A stretch of 64,000 nt of DNA from Candidatus Dormiibacterota bacterium (lineage in GTDB: Bacteria; Chloroflexota; Dormibacteria; Aeolococcales; Aeolococcaceae). The stretch spans positions 435,001 to 499,000 of the forward strand of contig CAWKKS010000001.1 of assembly GCA_963850385.1 (NCBI GenBank), in the 5' to 3' direction. A program made the position numbers and the translations under genes. Shown here one piece after another: positions 1-9,372 of this stretch. A model generated the notes under the pieces. That model was not told the origin of the DNA. It saw nothing but the letters and a program-made list of their open reading frames with translations, and searched no databases. How positions within the stretch are numbered: the first letter of the stretch is position 1; each line of letters opens with the position of its first letter.

Positions 1-857
1 ACCAGACCGCCCCATCACGCTCGGTGACACAGCCGGCGTCGCGCAACCGCTGCACCATCCGGTCGACGGCGCCGCTGTCAAAGAGGGTCTGCTCGTGGAA
101 CCAGCCGTCGAAGCGCACGCCGAGGTGCTCGAGGTCCTGGCGGATCTCGGCCACCTGCGCCGCGATGGCGCGCCTTCCCAGCTCGGGCGGGTCGAGGTCG
201 AGGAGCTCATCGCCGTGCTCGCCGAACAGCATCTCAGCGGCGTGCTGAGCGGCCGGGTAGGGTTCGAGGGGCGGCGGCTCGTCGAGCCCGCACAGGCGCC
301 GGTAGTACCAAGCGCAGTTGGTTGCGAAGGTGTGCATGCGACTGCCGGCGTCGTTGACGTAGTACTCGCGCTCGACCCGGTGCCCGGCCGCGGCGAGCAC
401 ATTGGCGAGCGCGTCGCCGACCGCCGCGCCACGGGTCGCCCCGAGCGTCAGCGGGCCGGTGGGGTTGGCGCTGACGAACTCCACCTGGACCGAGCTGCCA
501 CCCCCCAGCCGCACGTCACCCCACCGGTCACCGGCGGCGACGATGCCCGCCAGCTGCGCGGTCAACCAGCCGGGTGCGAGTCGCAGGTTGATGAAACCGG
601 GACCGGCGACCTCGGCCAACTCGATCACGCGGCCGCGGGTGAGCTGCTCACAGAGCAGCACGGCAATGTCGCGGGGTGGCCGCTGCAGCGCTTTGGCGAG
701 TCGCAGTGCCAGGTTGGTGGCGACGTCGCCATGGCTCGGGTCCTTGGGCTTCTCGACGAGGATCTCCGGGTCGCCGTCGGGCCGCGCCAGTCCGCCGGCC
801 ACGATGGCCCTCTCCAGCGCGGCGGCAAGCTCGGCCGTCACCGCCGTGGCCACCATC
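1..857 (-). CDS. argS: arginine--tRNA ligase (partial; C-terminus runs off the window start)
   Basis: Reverse-strand translation gives the ArgS N-terminus and catalytic core (…GPGFINLRL…, YYVNDAG…, FDVFF…). ATG at 855-857. Antisense ORF 95..910 is Arg/Gly-rich nonsense. Confidence 0.8.
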
Positions 858-974
858 TGTGCCTCTGGCACCGCTCCCTCCGCGAGATCTCCAAGGATGG
901 GCCAGTGTAGTGGCCGCCGCTGAAGTGTCCGTGGGCGAGCACACCAGGCGACCGACGGGCGACAATGCGCCGCC

Positions 975-1838
975 GTGGATCTCCGCCATTGCGTCATCCC
1001 CGCCGCCGGCCTGGGGACGCGATTCCTTCCCGCCACCAAAGCGCTCCCCAAGGAGCTGCTGCCGGTCCTGGATCGGCCTGTGATCCAGTGGGGCGTCGAG
1101 GAAGCCGTCGCCGCGGGCGCCGCTGAGGTGGTGGTCGTCATCAGCGACGGCAAGGAGCTGATCCAGCAGCACTTCACCGCTCAGCCGCAGCTCGAGGCGC
1201 TGCTCCGGTCGCGCGGCAAGCTCGAGGAGCTTGCCGCGGTCCGCGCCAGCGACCACCTGGCATCGTTCACCTGGGTGCGCCAGGATCAACCGCTGGGCCT
1301 GGGGCACGCCGTGCTGTGCGCTGCCGACGCGGTCGGTGACAACGCCTTCATGTGCATGCTGCCGGACGACCTGTCGTACGGACAGGACCCGGTGCTCGCA
1401 CAGCTGGTCGACGTGTACCGCGAACACGGCACTGCGGTACTCGCCCTCGCGCGCGTGGCGCGCGACCAGATCTCCCGATACGGTTGCGCTGCCGTCGCCG
1501 AGTCGCATGGGCGCGTGCACCGGCTGAGCGCGGTCGTGGAGAAGCCGGCCCCCGACGAGGCACCCAGCGACCTCGCCATCATGGGACGCTACGTCCTGAC
1601 GCCGGACATCTTCGCCGCCCTGCGCGAGACCTCACCTGGCGCCGGCGGGGAGATCCAGCTCACCGACGGCATCGCCGCGCTGCTCGACGGTGGTGCCGTG
1701 CATGGGGTGGAGTTCACCGGTGAGCTGCTCGACGTCGGCACCCCGGCTGGCTGGCTGGCGACCAACGCGCGGCTTGCCGCCGCTGACCCCACGCTCAGCG
1801 CGGCCCTGCACGCAGCGATGGAGCGGGTCGACGCATGA
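975..1838 (+). CDS. galU: UTP--glucose-1-phosphate uridylyltransferase
   Basis: GTG start. N-terminal 'CVIPAAGLGTRFLPATKALPKELLPV' nucleotidyltransferase signature; 287 aa. Confidence 0.85.
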   Translation: MDLRHCVIPAAGLGTRFLPATKALPKELLPVLDRPVIQWGVEEAVAAGAAEVVVVISDGKELIQQHFTAQPQLEALLRSRGKLEELAAVRASDHLASFTWVRQDQPLGLGHAVLCAADAVGDNAFMCMLPDDLSYGQDPVLAQLVDVYREHGTAVLALARVARDQISRYGCAAVAESHGRVHRLSAVVEKPAPDEAPSDLAIMGRYVLTPDIFAALRETSPGAGGEIQLTDGIAALLDGGAVHGVEFTGELLDVGTPAGWLATNARLAAADPTLSAALHAAMERVDA

Positions 1839-2290
1839 CCATCTTCCGCCGGGAGTGGGGCGCCATCACGTTCGTGCTCACCGTCCTCGTCGGGGCGCTG
1901 GCGGTGGCGATCTCGCTGGCGGTGACCGGGTCACATCAACCGCCCGTCCCCACCCTCGCTCCCTGCCCGTCCTACACGCCCTACGTGGTCACCCCGACGC
2001 CGTCACCGACGGCCGCGGCCGCCACCCGTGCCGGCACCAGCCCCAGCCCGAGCGCCTCGGCGGCCGCCACGCCCCTTCCCAGCCCCACCGCCTTCAACCC
2101 GGCGCTGGCCAACTGCCCGACTGCGCCTGCCCGGCCGCCGGCCACGCCCACGGTCTCGGTGTCGCCAGGCGGTTCGCCGACGGCGACACCCACCCTCGCC
2201 CCGACTCCAGTCCCGACCCCGACCCCAACGTCGATCTTCAGCACGCTGCCGCCTGTGACGGCGACGGCCAGCCCGACGGCGACGCCGTAG
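1835..2290 (+). CDS. membrane-anchored Pro/Thr/Ala-rich low-complexity protein
   Basis: ATG overlaps the galU stop (ATGA). N-terminal TM helix, then a PT-rich tail. Confidence 0.4.
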   Translation: MTIFRREWGAITFVLTVLVGALAVAISLAVTGSHQPPVPTLAPCPSYTPYVVTPTPSPTAAAATRAGTSPSPSASAAATPLPSPTAFNPALANCPTAPARPPATPTVSVSPGGSPTATPTLAPTPVPTPTPTSIFSTLPPVTATASPTATP

Positions 2291-2299
2291 GGTCGCCGC

Positions 2300-2815
2300 T
2301 CAAGCGGCGAGCAGCAGGGTCCCGTTCTCCGCCGAGATGGCGGTTCGCTGCAGCTCCAGGTCGACCAGCGGCGGCCGCCCCACGTCGAGCACCACGGTGA
2401 TGCTGTCAGCGAGGCGCAGGCCGCCGAGCCGGACGCAATCGCGCAGGAAGGTGAAGGCCAGTGGGCGAACCAGGTTCCAGACGTACTGGCGACCGGCGAG
2501 GGCCTCGTCCTCGGCTGACTCGCGCAGGCTGAGATCGCGAAAGGCGAGGACGCACACCTCGTCGGTCAGCTGGACCGGCGCCGTCCAGCTGTATGCCTCG
2601 TCGTCCCCGGCCGCCGAGATCAGCGCGTCCTTGGCGGTGAACAGGCTGAGCCGCTCAACCAGCCGGCGCATCGGCCGCGGTGGGCCCTCGACGATGAACG
2701 GCACATCGCGCAGGCGCTCGTTCCACGCCTGCGCGGGGTAGCGGGCGCTGAAGCCGACGTCGTCCACCCCGCTGAAGGGCGAGGGGACCTTGATCACCAG
2801 CTCGTCCATGCTCAC
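2300..2815 (-). CDS. hypothetical protein
   Basis: 171-aa ORF with normal, non-low-complexity composition; 4-nt overlap with the next minus-strand ORF. Confidence 0.5.
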   Translation of the reverse strand: MSMDELVIKVPSPFSGVDDVGFSARYPAQAWNERLRDVPFIVEGPPRPMRRLVERLSLFTAKDALISAAGDDEAYSWTAPVQLTDEVCVLAFRDLSLRESAEDEALAGRQYVWNLVRPLAFTFLRDCVRLGGLRLADSITVVLDVGRPPLVDLELQRTAISAENGTLLLAA

Positions 2816-3054
2816 ACCTCTGTGGTGGCCGCGACCGGCGCCGCCGCGTCGATCGTGGCCGAACCCTCGCGCCGGTGCGGCGTCACCCGGGGCAGCCCCC
2901 GCGCCGCATTCACATCCTGCTCGGTTTGGCCGGCAACGCGTGCCCCGTCATCGATGCGGTACAGCCCGTGTTCAAAGCTGAACGTGTTCTCGCCGCGGAT
3001 CTCGAGGTCGGCGATCCGCTCCAGCGTCTGTGCGACGTCGGCGTTGCTCACCAT
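2812..3054 (-). CDS. small hypothetical protein
   Basis: Internal ATG chosen ('MVSNADVAQTLERIADLEIRGENTFSF…') so the ORF does not overlap the divergent CoA-transferase gene. Confidence 0.35.
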   Translation of the reverse strand: MVSNADVAQTLERIADLEIRGENTFSFEHGLYRIDDGARVAGQTEQDVNAARGLPRVTPHRREGSATIDAAAPVAATTEV

Positions 3055-3124
3055 GCGGCTGGAGCTCGAATCTACCACAGCTGGGAAGCACGCGCGATGG
3101 CGCTTCACTAGAACTCGCGACCCG

Positions 3125-4267
3125 ATGCCACTGACCGGTGTGCGTGTCCTCGACCTGAGCCGTCTGCTGCCCGGGCCGTTCGCCACCATGATCCTCGCCG
3201 GCCTGGGCGCCGAGGTGGTCAAGGTCGAGGACCTCGACGGTGGTGACTACATGCGCTGGATGCCGCCCCTGCACGATGGCACCGGGGCGATGTTCACCGC
3301 CCTCAACCGTGGCAAGAGGTCGCTGCGCCTTGACCTGAAGTCCCGGCGCGGGCGCGAGCTCTTCCTCGCGCTGGTACGTGGGTCAGGGGTGCTGGTCGAG
3401 AGCTTCCGCCCCGGCGTCATCGACCGGCTGGGTCTCGGTGTCGAGGCGCTGTGGGATGTCAACCCGCGCCTCGTCGTCTGCAGCATCTCCGGTTTTGGCC
3501 AGGATGGGCCAGATCGCCTGCGCGCCGGGCATGACCTCAACTACCTGGCACGTGCCGGGGTGTTGGCGATCACCGCCGAGCCCGGCGGTCGCCCGGTCAT
3601 CCCCGGGGTGCAGATCGCCGACGTCGGCGGGGGCGCGCAGAGCGCCGTCATCGCCATCCTGGCGGCGCTGCGCAACGCCGGTCAGACGGGCAGGGGCAGC
3701 CATTGCGACGTGGCCATGCTCGATGGCCTGATGAGCTGGATGTCGCCTCACATCGCCGCAGTTCGTCACGGAGGAGCCGCCGGCCCGTCGACGATGCTGC
3801 TCAACGGCGCGCATCCCTGCTACCACGTGTACCGGTGCGCAGACGGCTGGATCACGGTGGCGGCGCTCGAACCGAAGTTCTGGGACCGTCTGTGCGAGCT
3901 GCTCGACCTCGGGGAGCTCCGCGACCGCGCCTTCGCCACCGGCGCCGCGGGCGACGACGCTGTGCGGCGCCTCGAGGAGGTGTTCCTCGGTGGGACACGA
4001 GCCGAATGGCGGGCCCGCCTCGGTGAGGTGGACACGTGTTGTGAGCCGGTCCTCAGCGTCGTCGAGTTGATGGACGATCCCCAGGTCCGTCACCGTGCCG
4101 ATGATGTCGACGGCGACCCCGCCTGGTTTCCCTTCCGCGGTGCCGGCGCTTCGGCGCCGACCGGGGTGGCCCCGGCGTGTGGCGCGGACAGCCGCTCGCT
4201 GCTCGCCGAGGTCGGTGTTGGCGACGCGGAGTTTGCCGCGCTGGTCGATGCCGGTGTGACCGGGTGA
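3125..4267 (+). CDS. CoA transferase family III (CaiB/BaiF-type)
   Basis: 'MPLTGVRVLDLSRLLPGPFATMILAGLGAEVVKVE…' is the canonical CaiB/BaiF N-terminus. The longer upstream extension in the ORF track is Ser/Arg-rich junk. Confidence 0.8.
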   Translation: MPLTGVRVLDLSRLLPGPFATMILAGLGAEVVKVEDLDGGDYMRWMPPLHDGTGAMFTALNRGKRSLRLDLKSRRGRELFLALVRGSGVLVESFRPGVIDRLGLGVEALWDVNPRLVVCSISGFGQDGPDRLRAGHDLNYLARAGVLAITAEPGGRPVIPGVQIADVGGGAQSAVIAILAALRNAGQTGRGSHCDVAMLDGLMSWMSPHIAAVRHGGAAGPSTMLLNGAHPCYHVYRCADGWITVAALEPKFWDRLCELLDLGELRDRAFATGAAGDDAVRRLEEVFLGGTRAEWRARLGEVDTCCEPVLSVVELMDDPQVRHRADDVDGDPAWFPFRGAGASAPTGVAPACGADSRSLLAEVGVGDAEFAALVDAGVTG

Positions 4268-4893
4268 GCGCCCGCCCGGCGGCGCGGCCGACGCGCCGCA
4301 GCGCCCGGACCCGCGAACGGATCATCGCAGCGGCAACCGAGGTGTTCGCGCGCCGCGGTGTGCACGGCACGCGGGTGGCCGACATCGCCGAGCGCGCCGG
4401 TATCGCCTACGGGCTTGTGTACCACCACTTCCGCAACAAGGAGGAGATCCTCACCGCCATCTTCGCGGAGCGGTGGGCACAGTACGTCGCCTACCTCGAG
4501 GACGTGGCGCGCATGCCGCTCTCCTTCCGTGAGCGGATGGGCCGGCTGATCCACTTCTGGGTGGAGACGTACCGCCAGGAGACAGACCTGATGACGGTGA
4601 TGATCAACGAGATCACCCGCTCCTACGAGTTCCTCGAGTTGCACGACATCACGGCCGTCCTGGTGGCCTTCGACCCCATCGAGCGGATCATCGCCGAGGG
4701 TCGCTCCAATGGCGAGGTGCGCGCCGACCTCGACGCCAGGCTGGCCACCTACGCGGTGCTCGGTGTCGCCGAGATGGTGCTCACCGGCTACGTCATCGGC
4801 AGCCTGCCGCGCACCGACCAGCTGCAGTACGCCCACGATGAGCAGCAGCTCCTCTCACTGCTGCTCGACGGGATGAGCGCGCCGGGCCGCTAG
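4264..4893 (+). CDS. TetR/AcrR family transcriptional regulator
   Basis: GTG overlaps the upstream stop (GTGA). HTH 'RERIIAAATEVFARRGVHGTRVADIAERAGIAYGLVYHHF'. Confidence 0.8.
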   Translation: MSARPAARPTRRSARTRERIIAAATEVFARRGVHGTRVADIAERAGIAYGLVYHHFRNKEEILTAIFAERWAQYVAYLEDVARMPLSFRERMGRLIHFWVETYRQETDLMTVMINEITRSYEFLELHDITAVLVAFDPIERIIAEGRSNGEVRADLDARLATYAVLGVAEMVLTGYVIGSLPRTDQLQYAHDEQQLLSLLLDGMSAPGR

Positions 4894-5498
4894 GTCGGCT
4901 CCACCACGACGCGCCACCAGCTGTCGACCTGGCCCGCGGTGGACTCGCGGGTGCCGCTGTTGTCGATGACCCAGGTGGCGCGGTCACGTTTGTCGTCGAT
5001 GGGGAGCTGGGCGAGCAGCCGCCGCTGAGCGGCCGCGCTGTCGAGCCCGTCGCGCTCGCGGAGTCGCTGCAGCTGCACCGTCGCCGGTGCATACACGAGC
5101 AGCGTGCCCTCGAAGTCGCCGTCCCTGTCGCGTTCGAACAGCAGGGGGACGTCGGCGACGACGAGCAGGGCGCTCGAGCGCAGCGCCTCGAGGATGCGGC
5201 GTTGCATCAGCTCGTGGATGCGCGGGTGGGTGATCCTCTCGAGCTCGGCGCGGCGCTCCGGGTCAGCGAACACGATGGCGCCGAGCGCCTCCCGGTCGAT
5301 GGCGCCTCCGCGGCCGAGGACATCCCTGCCGAACGTGGCGAGAACGGCGTCGAACGCCGGCTCGCCGGGGACCAGCACCTCGCGCGCCACGACGTCGGCG
5401 TCGACGATCGCCGCGCCGCGGCCGGCCAGCGTCGCCGCGACGGTCGACTTGCCGGTGGCGATGCCGCCGGTCAGACCGATGAGTCGCATCGGGGGCAC
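4890..5498 (-). CDS. coaE: dephospho-CoA kinase
   Basis: 'MRLIGLTGGIATGKSTV' P-loop; ~200 aa. Confidence 0.85.
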   Translation of the reverse strand: MPPMRLIGLTGGIATGKSTVAATLAGRGAAIVDADVVAREVLVPGEPAFDAVLATFGRDVLGRGGAIDREALGAIVFADPERRAELERITHPRIHELMQRRILEALRSSALLVVADVPLLFERDRDGDFEGTLLVYAPATVQLQRLRERDGLDSAAAQRRLLAQLPIDDKRDRATWVIDNSGTRESTAGQVDSWWRVVVEPT

Positions 5499-5553
5499 CG
5501 TACACCGCGATCGTCAGGTGGGTGCTGTATTTCACCCCTGCTACAGTGCCCCG

Positions 5554-6180
5554 GTGCGCCGCCTACCTCTCATCCTGCTCGCCGGCCTGCTCCTGCTGAC
5601 CGCGTGTGGCGACACGCCGCCGGGCATCACCGTCAACTTCGTCGGCAACAGCACCTGCGCCACCAACGGACAGAGCCCCTACTCGCCGTCGCCCCCGAAC
5701 ACCAACACCGCCCCAGTGGGGCAGGCCGTCGACGAGATGCCGCACTTCCACGTGGCCAAGGGCACCAGGATCACCTACATGCACAACCCGCCCACCAGTG
5801 GCTGTCACTACAGCCTGGGAGCGGGCATTGCGCCGCTCAAGCCGGGCATCTACACGACGTCACCCACCGTGCTCACCCCCGAGTACTGGGTGCACAACCT
5901 CGAGCATGGCTACGTGGTGGTCAGCTACAACTGCCCGAGCGGTTGCGACGCCGACCTGCAGGCACTGCAGACGTTCTTCCAGTCGCTCGCCCCCGACGCC
6001 GGCGGGGCAGTGCCCTACGCCAAGTTCATCGCCGTCCCGTATGCGGCGCAGAAGGAGAAGTTCGACGTCGAGGCGTGGGACTGGTTCGATCCGATCGGCG
6101 CGACGCTCAACCTCACCGAGATCAAGCAGTTCTACGTCTGCCACACCAACCAGGCGCCGGAGGGAGCCAACACCCCCTGA
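5554..6180 (+). CDS. DUF3105-like lipoprotein
   Basis: GTG start. Signal + lipobox 'LLLTACG'. Conserved 'HNPPTSGCHY…NLEHGYVVVSY' motifs. Confidence 0.6.
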   Translation: MRRLPLILLAGLLLLTACGDTPPGITVNFVGNSTCATNGQSPYSPSPPNTNTAPVGQAVDEMPHFHVAKGTRITYMHNPPTSGCHYSLGAGIAPLKPGIYTTSPTVLTPEYWVHNLEHGYVVVSYNCPSGCDADLQALQTFFQSLAPDAGGAVPYAKFIAVPYAAQKEKFDVEAWDWFDPIGATLNLTEIKQFYVCHTNQAPEGANTP

Positions 6181-6223
6181 TCGCCGCGGCGTCGGCGCGC
6201 AGGCCGCTCCTATACTCGCGGCG

Positions 6224-6748
6224 ATGTCCAAGGCGAAGCAGCGCCACCCGGGTCGTGCGCAGGCTCCGCGCCCGCCGCGCGCCCCCCGGCCCGGGGCCAC
6301 GGCCGCGGCCGTCGAAGCCGAGCGAGGCCAGATCTCGTGGCGGTCGTGCCTTGTCGGCCTCCTCGCCGGTGAGGTGCTGCTCTTCGTGCTCAGCAATGTG
6401 GCGCTCGGTGTCGCCAACGCCGCGTTCGGCAGCGCCGGCTTCCACAGCGCCGACGGCGGCATCGTCGGGGTCTCGACGTTCCTCGCCGTCTTCTTCGGCG
6501 GCTTCCTGGCGGCGCGGCTGGCCGGGCGCCTCGGCCTCTACCAGGGAGTCGTGGTCGGGGCCGGCTTCATCGCGGTCGGCGCGGTCTTCCAGTTCGCCCA
6601 GGAGGCCCAGATCGTGCACAGCTCCCTGGCCAGCGGCACGCATACGCTCGTGGACCTGGGGCCGATGAGCATGGGCAACCTGATCAGCGGCGACATGCTG
6701 GCGCTGGTCGGCGGGTCGCTCGGGGGCTTGTTCTCCCGGCGTCGCTGA
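6224..6748 (+). CDS. hypothetical Gly/Ala-rich integral membrane protein
   Basis: ATG at 6224; several predicted TM helices. Confidence 0.45.
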   Translation: MSKAKQRHPGRAQAPRPPRAPRPGATAAAVEAERGQISWRSCLVGLLAGEVLLFVLSNVALGVANAAFGSAGFHSADGGIVGVSTFLAVFFGGFLAARLAGRLGLYQGVVVGAGFIAVGAVFQFAQEAQIVHSSLASGTHTLVDLGPMSMGNLISGDMLALVGGSLGGLFSRRR

Positions 6749-6754
6749 CCGCGC

Positions 6755-7018
6755 TCAGCGCGGGACGTTCTCGCCGACGCGGGGAGCGGGGGCGCTGCTG
6801 ACCTCTCGGGTGTACGGGGTTCCCACCAGGTCGACGCGGCCGAGCGAGCGAGCGAACTCGAGGCACGCTGAACGCGCGAAGCGGAGGTGCTTGCCAGGGG
6901 TGTGCCAGGCCTGGAGATGGCCCTGGGCGACGGCGCGCCGCAGTGTCGACCTCGAGACCCCACAGAGCGTGGCCGCCTCGCCGGTGGTCAAGATCTGTTC
7001 CTGCGTCGCGGCCATCAC
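6755..7018 (-). CDS. BldC-like / excisionase-family MerR-type HTH DNA-binding protein
   Basis: 'ILTTGEAATLCGVSRSTLRRAVAQGHLQAWHTPGKHLRF' HTH; 87 aa; divergent from the moxR operon. Confidence 0.6.
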   Translation of the reverse strand: MMAATQEQILTTGEAATLCGVSRSTLRRAVAQGHLQAWHTPGKHLRFARSACLEFARSLGRVDLVGTPYTREVSSAPAPRVGENVPR

Positions 7019-7167
7019 ATCCCTCCTGAGATCAGAGCCCGCCCTGGCTCCAAGGGTTTCGCCCCCCAGTCATCCTGGCCCACTGTATACACCACCTTTG
7101 GTGCGCTTGTCACGTTTTTGTGAACTCTACAACAGTTCGGGGGGAATCGAAGCAACCGAGCCGTCCG

Positions 7168-7173
7168 TATACT
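7168..7173 (+). promoter_or_regulatory. candidate -10 element (TATACT) in a locally lower-GC intergenic region upstream of moxR
   Basis: Region 7019-7211 is unusually AT-rich for this genome; TATACT lies 39 nt upstream of the ATG. Confidence 0.25.
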
Positions 7174-7211
7174 GGCGGGAGCCTACGCTCGGGGTCTGCA
7201 GGGGAGCATTC

Positions 7212-8177
7212 ATGGGTCTCGTCCAAGGCGTGGTCCGCCGGGTCGTTCAGAGCGTCGGCACTGTGATCGTGGGCAAGGAGGAGGAGGTCGAGCTCTGTGT
7301 GCTCGCGCTTCTCTGCGGCGGCCACGTCCTCATCGAGGATGTCCCCGGGGTCGGCAAGACGATGCTGGCCAAGGCGCTGGCGCGGGCCACGGGCTGCGAC
7401 TTCGAGCGCCTCCAGTTCACCCCGGACCTGCTCCCCGGCGACGTCACCGGCGTCTCGGTCTTCAACCTCAAGACCTCCGAGTTCGAGTTCCGCAGGGGGC
7501 CTGTCTTCGCGCAGGTCCTGCTCGCCGACGAGATCAACCGGGCAACACCCAAGACCCAGTCGGCGCTGCTCGAGGCGATGGAGGAGGGCCAGGTCACCGT
7601 CGATGGGCACACCCACCCGCTGCCGTCGCCCTTCATCGTCCTGGCCACGCAGAACCCGATCGAGCTGGGCGGGACCTTCCCGCTGCCCGAGGCCCAGGTC
7701 GACCGGTTCCTGGTCAAGGTCAGCCTCGGCTACCTGGCCCTCGCCGACGAGGTCGCGATGCTCGACCGTTTCCAGCGCGAGTCCCCCCTCGAGGATCTCG
7801 ACGCGGTGACCGAGGCCGCCGAGATCAATGCCTGCCGGCAGGAGCTGCAGACGGTGTTCTGCCACCGGTCCCTCAAGGAGTACTGCGTGCGCATCGTGCA
7901 GCGCACCCGAGACAACTCCGACGTGGCGCTCGGCGCCTCGCCGCGGGGCAGCCTGGGCCTGCTGCACGCCGCCCAGGCGCGGGCCGCCGCCAAGGGCCGC
8001 GACTACGTGACCCCGGACGACATCAAGGATCTGGCCCACCGCGTCCTCGGCCATCGCATCGTTCTCCGCGCCAACGCCGAGCTGCGCGGCATCACCAGCG
8101 CCCAGGTGATCGACGAGGTCCTGGCGGCCGCGGTGGTGCCGGCAGAGAGGCAGCTGATGGCCGGCGAGGGTTCGTGA
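7212..8177 (+). CDS. MoxR-family AAA+ ATPase
   Basis: 'HVLIEDVPGVGKTMLAKALA' Walker A, 'VLLADEINRATPKTQSALLEAMEE' Walker B/sensor; ~320 aa. Confidence 0.85.
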   Translation: MGLVQGVVRRVVQSVGTVIVGKEEEVELCVLALLCGGHVLIEDVPGVGKTMLAKALARATGCDFERLQFTPDLLPGDVTGVSVFNLKTSEFEFRRGPVFAQVLLADEINRATPKTQSALLEAMEEGQVTVDGHTHPLPSPFIVLATQNPIELGGTFPLPEAQVDRFLVKVSLGYLALADEVAMLDRFQRESPLEDLDAVTEAAEINACRQELQTVFCHRSLKEYCVRIVQRTRDNSDVALGASPRGSLGLLHAAQARAAAKGRDYVTPDDIKDLAHRVLGHRIVLRANAELRGITSAQVIDEVLAAAVVPAERQLMAGEGS

Positions 8178-9370
8178 GCTCGCGGGTTCCTCTGCTCGCC
8201 GGGATCGCGGCGCTCAGCTTCTTCGCCGGGATCACCGGGATCCACCTCGCCTACACGCTGACATATGTCCTGCTCGCCCTGCTGGTGCTTGCGTTCATCT
8301 GGACACGGGCCATTGCGCGCCGCATCAGCGTGGACCGCAGCTCTCCCGAGGGTTCGTTCTCGGTCGGGGAGCCGTTCAGCGAGCACTTCACCATCCACAA
8401 CCGCAGCCTGCTCTGGGTGCCGTACTGCGAGGTGCACGACCGCACAGAGATCCCCGGGTATGCCGCCGGCCGGGCCTGCGCGCTTGCCGCCGGGGACAGC
8501 GTCTCCTGGACGGCCCGCGGCCATTTCACCTCCCGAGGCCGCCACCGGTTCGGCCCCCTGGAGGCGCGCGTCGGAGACCCCTTCGGGCTCTTCAGCCGCA
8601 CCGTGCGGGTGGCGGCGAGGAGCGAGGTGACGGTGTATCCCGCGCTCCACCCGCTGCAGGACATCGGGCCGCTGTGGAGCGGCGACGGCGCGGGGGACAT
8701 GCGTCGGGGCAAGGCCGTGGACGTGGCCCCCGAGGTCTCCTCGGTCCGTGAATACGCGCCGAGCGACGGGCTGAGCCGCATCCACTGGGCCTCGACGGCA
8801 CGGATCGGCCGGCTGATGAGCCGGACCTACGACACCCGCTACAGCGCCGACCTGCTGGTGGTCCTCGACCTGCGCGCCGGGGTGCACGCGGGCGTGGCGC
8901 CCGAGTCGTCCCTTGAGTACGCGGTGTCAATCGCGGCGTCGATCGTCAACGCCGTGGCCCGGCGCGGTCAGGCGGTCGGTCTCATCACCAACGACGCGGA
9001 CATGCGCGCCTTCGGCGCCGGCCGTGGCGAGGCGCAGCGCATGCGTCTGCTCGACTACCTGGCCACGGCGCGTGACAACGGCATCGCCCCGCTGGCACAC
9101 GTGGTCAGCCGGCACGGCGAGGGTTGGCGCGGCCGCGGTGGCATGGTGGTCATCAGCGCCGACCGCGACTCCACGTGGGTGGAGGCCCTCGTGGACTCCG
9201 GGACCCGGGGCCAACGCCACCTCGCCGTCCTGCTCGAGACGTCCTCGTTCGGAGCGGCCGGCCCGCCGATGCGCATCCCCGCCGCCTGGCGCCTGGCCCT
9301 GGATTGGTGGCTGGTCCGCCGCGGTGACGTGCTCGGCAGCGGCGAAAGGGCCCACGCGGCAGGCGGCTGA
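8174..9370 (+). CDS. DUF58 (VWA-like) protein, MoxR partner
   Basis: GTG overlaps the moxR stop. N-terminal TM, 'REYAPSDGLSRIHWASTAR', 'VLDLRAG'. Confidence 0.75.
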   Translation: MSSRVPLLAGIAALSFFAGITGIHLAYTLTYVLLALLVLAFIWTRAIARRISVDRSSPEGSFSVGEPFSEHFTIHNRSLLWVPYCEVHDRTEIPGYAAGRACALAAGDSVSWTARGHFTSRGRHRFGPLEARVGDPFGLFSRTVRVAARSEVTVYPALHPLQDIGPLWSGDGAGDMRRGKAVDVAPEVSSVREYAPSDGLSRIHWASTARIGRLMSRTYDTRYSADLLVVLDLRAGVHAGVAPESSLEYAVSIAASIVNAVARRGQAVGLITNDADMRAFGAGRGEAQRMRLLDYLATARDNGIAPLAHVVSRHGEGWRGRGGMVVISADRDSTWVEALVDSGTRGQRHLAVLLETSSFGAAGPPMRIPAAWRLALDWWLVRRGDVLGSGERAHAAGG

Positions 9371-9372
9371 CA

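Noticed and set aside
95-910. 271-aa + strand ORF at the window start
   Set aside because: Gly/Arg-rich wrong-frame text antisense to a clear argS reading frame.
1980-2290. Repetitive 'ccgacgcc/ccgacccc' nucleotide pattern, considered as a possible CRISPR or tandem repeat
   Set aside because: It is codon-level repetition encoding a PT-rich tail, with no spacer/repeat periodicity. No CRISPR-like arrays were seen anywhere in the window.
5104-6748. Long ORFs 5104..6180, 5202..6668 and 5606..6748
   Set aside because: Only the 3' portions (DUF3105 from GTG 5554; membrane protein from ATG 6224) look protein-like. Upstream parts overlap coaE antisense and are Arg/Ser-rich.
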